DNA of 63,200 nucleotides, counting the filler, from Stramenopiles sp. TOSAG23-3 (taxonomy: Eukaryota), in NCBI GenBank assembly GCA_900128585.1. It is 3 parts of 3 records of this genome, joined end to end, with 100 filler letters (N's around TTAATTAATTAA, not from the genome) between each part and the next. Parts side by side here need not be neighbours in the genome. Positions count along the whole stretch, not along the records: positions 61,068 to 63,200 come from LT645046.1; 2 more parts are not named here. One strand, 5' to 3'. The notes beneath the pieces were generated by a model, which was not told the origin of the DNA, ran no database searches, and saw only the letters and a list, made by a program, of their open reading frames with translations. Position 1 is the first letter of the stretch, and the number at the start of each line of letters is the position of its first letter. Made by a program: the position numbers and the translations under genes. Below, in pieces: positions 62,757-63,200 of this stretch.

Positions 62757-63200
62757 TGTTGTTCTTCTTAAATATTAGTTATATTAGACGACTAGTCTCT
62801 CTCTCTCTCTCTATTCGTCTGTCGGTCTGTCGGCCTGAACTACAATTAATTTACCTATATAATACTGTAGTATACATTTGTACTTTTATGTAATAAAAAA
62901 CTAATAATATAAAAATTCTTTCTTCTTCTTTTTTTTTTTTTTATTATTTTATTATTTTTTTTTATTTCTTTTTCATTCTCTCACTCACCTCATATTAATA
63001 TATACCTTCGACATGCATATATATTCAACGTATAAATATATAATAAATAATAATAGAACCATTTTAAATCATTTCACCAAAACCGAAACAAATCGAAAAT
63101 CGAACCCCCAAGAACCGAATCGGCCGACAGACCGACAGACGAATAGAGAGAGAGAGAGAGACTAGTCGTCTAATATAACTAATATTTAAGAAGAACAACA
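62757..63200. repeat. Perfect inverted repeat, arms of at least 79 bp (62757-62835 / 63122-63200), 286-bp spacer
   Basis: Exact reverse complement including the CT/AG run length; right arm reaches the window edge. Confidence 0.95.

Noticed and set aside
1-63200. tRNA/rRNA genes, prophage, operons or autonomous transposons
   Set aside because: No cloverleafs, rRNA motifs, or transposase/RT/integrase ORFs recognised by eye

Overview
Gene-dense nuclear DNA of a unicellular eukaryote. It is probably a flagellated protist, possibly a stramenopile, inferred from ciliary and meiotic genes and the compact architecture, not from a marker gene. The window is three pieces joined by artificial 100-bp N/TTAATTAATTAA linkers (30540-30639, 60968-61067), so synteny across them is not reliable. 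About 21 apparently intronless genes are separated by AT-rich spacers with (GAA)/(TTC) tracts: pantothenate synthetase, ZSWIM2-like E3 ligase, a ~5000-aa VPS13, SET methyltransferase, SHIPPO-repeat and CFAP97-like ciliary proteins, a multi-TM/LRR protein, a spastin-like AAA ATPase, a secreted PT-TG-like protein, DUF72, CINP-like, kinesin, 3R-Myb, ProC-like, MER3/HFM1 and an ankyrin-TRPP channel. Most notable: (1) an apparently inactivated CRESS-DNA-virus Rep (HUH endonuclease)-like domain in frame inside a split C2 domain of VPS13, which also has PDZ and C-terminal PX domains; (2) a secreted protein with a bacterial pre-toxin TG-like motif and putative cell-wall-binding modules; (3) a 64-bp loopless palindrome flanked by TA, resembling a Tc1/mariner MITE; (4) an ankyrin-polycystin-2 channel joined out of frame to a fucolectin-like module; (5) strand-polarised polypyrimidine tracts upstream of starts. 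All domain calls are by-eye motif recognition and need HMM or structure confirmation.
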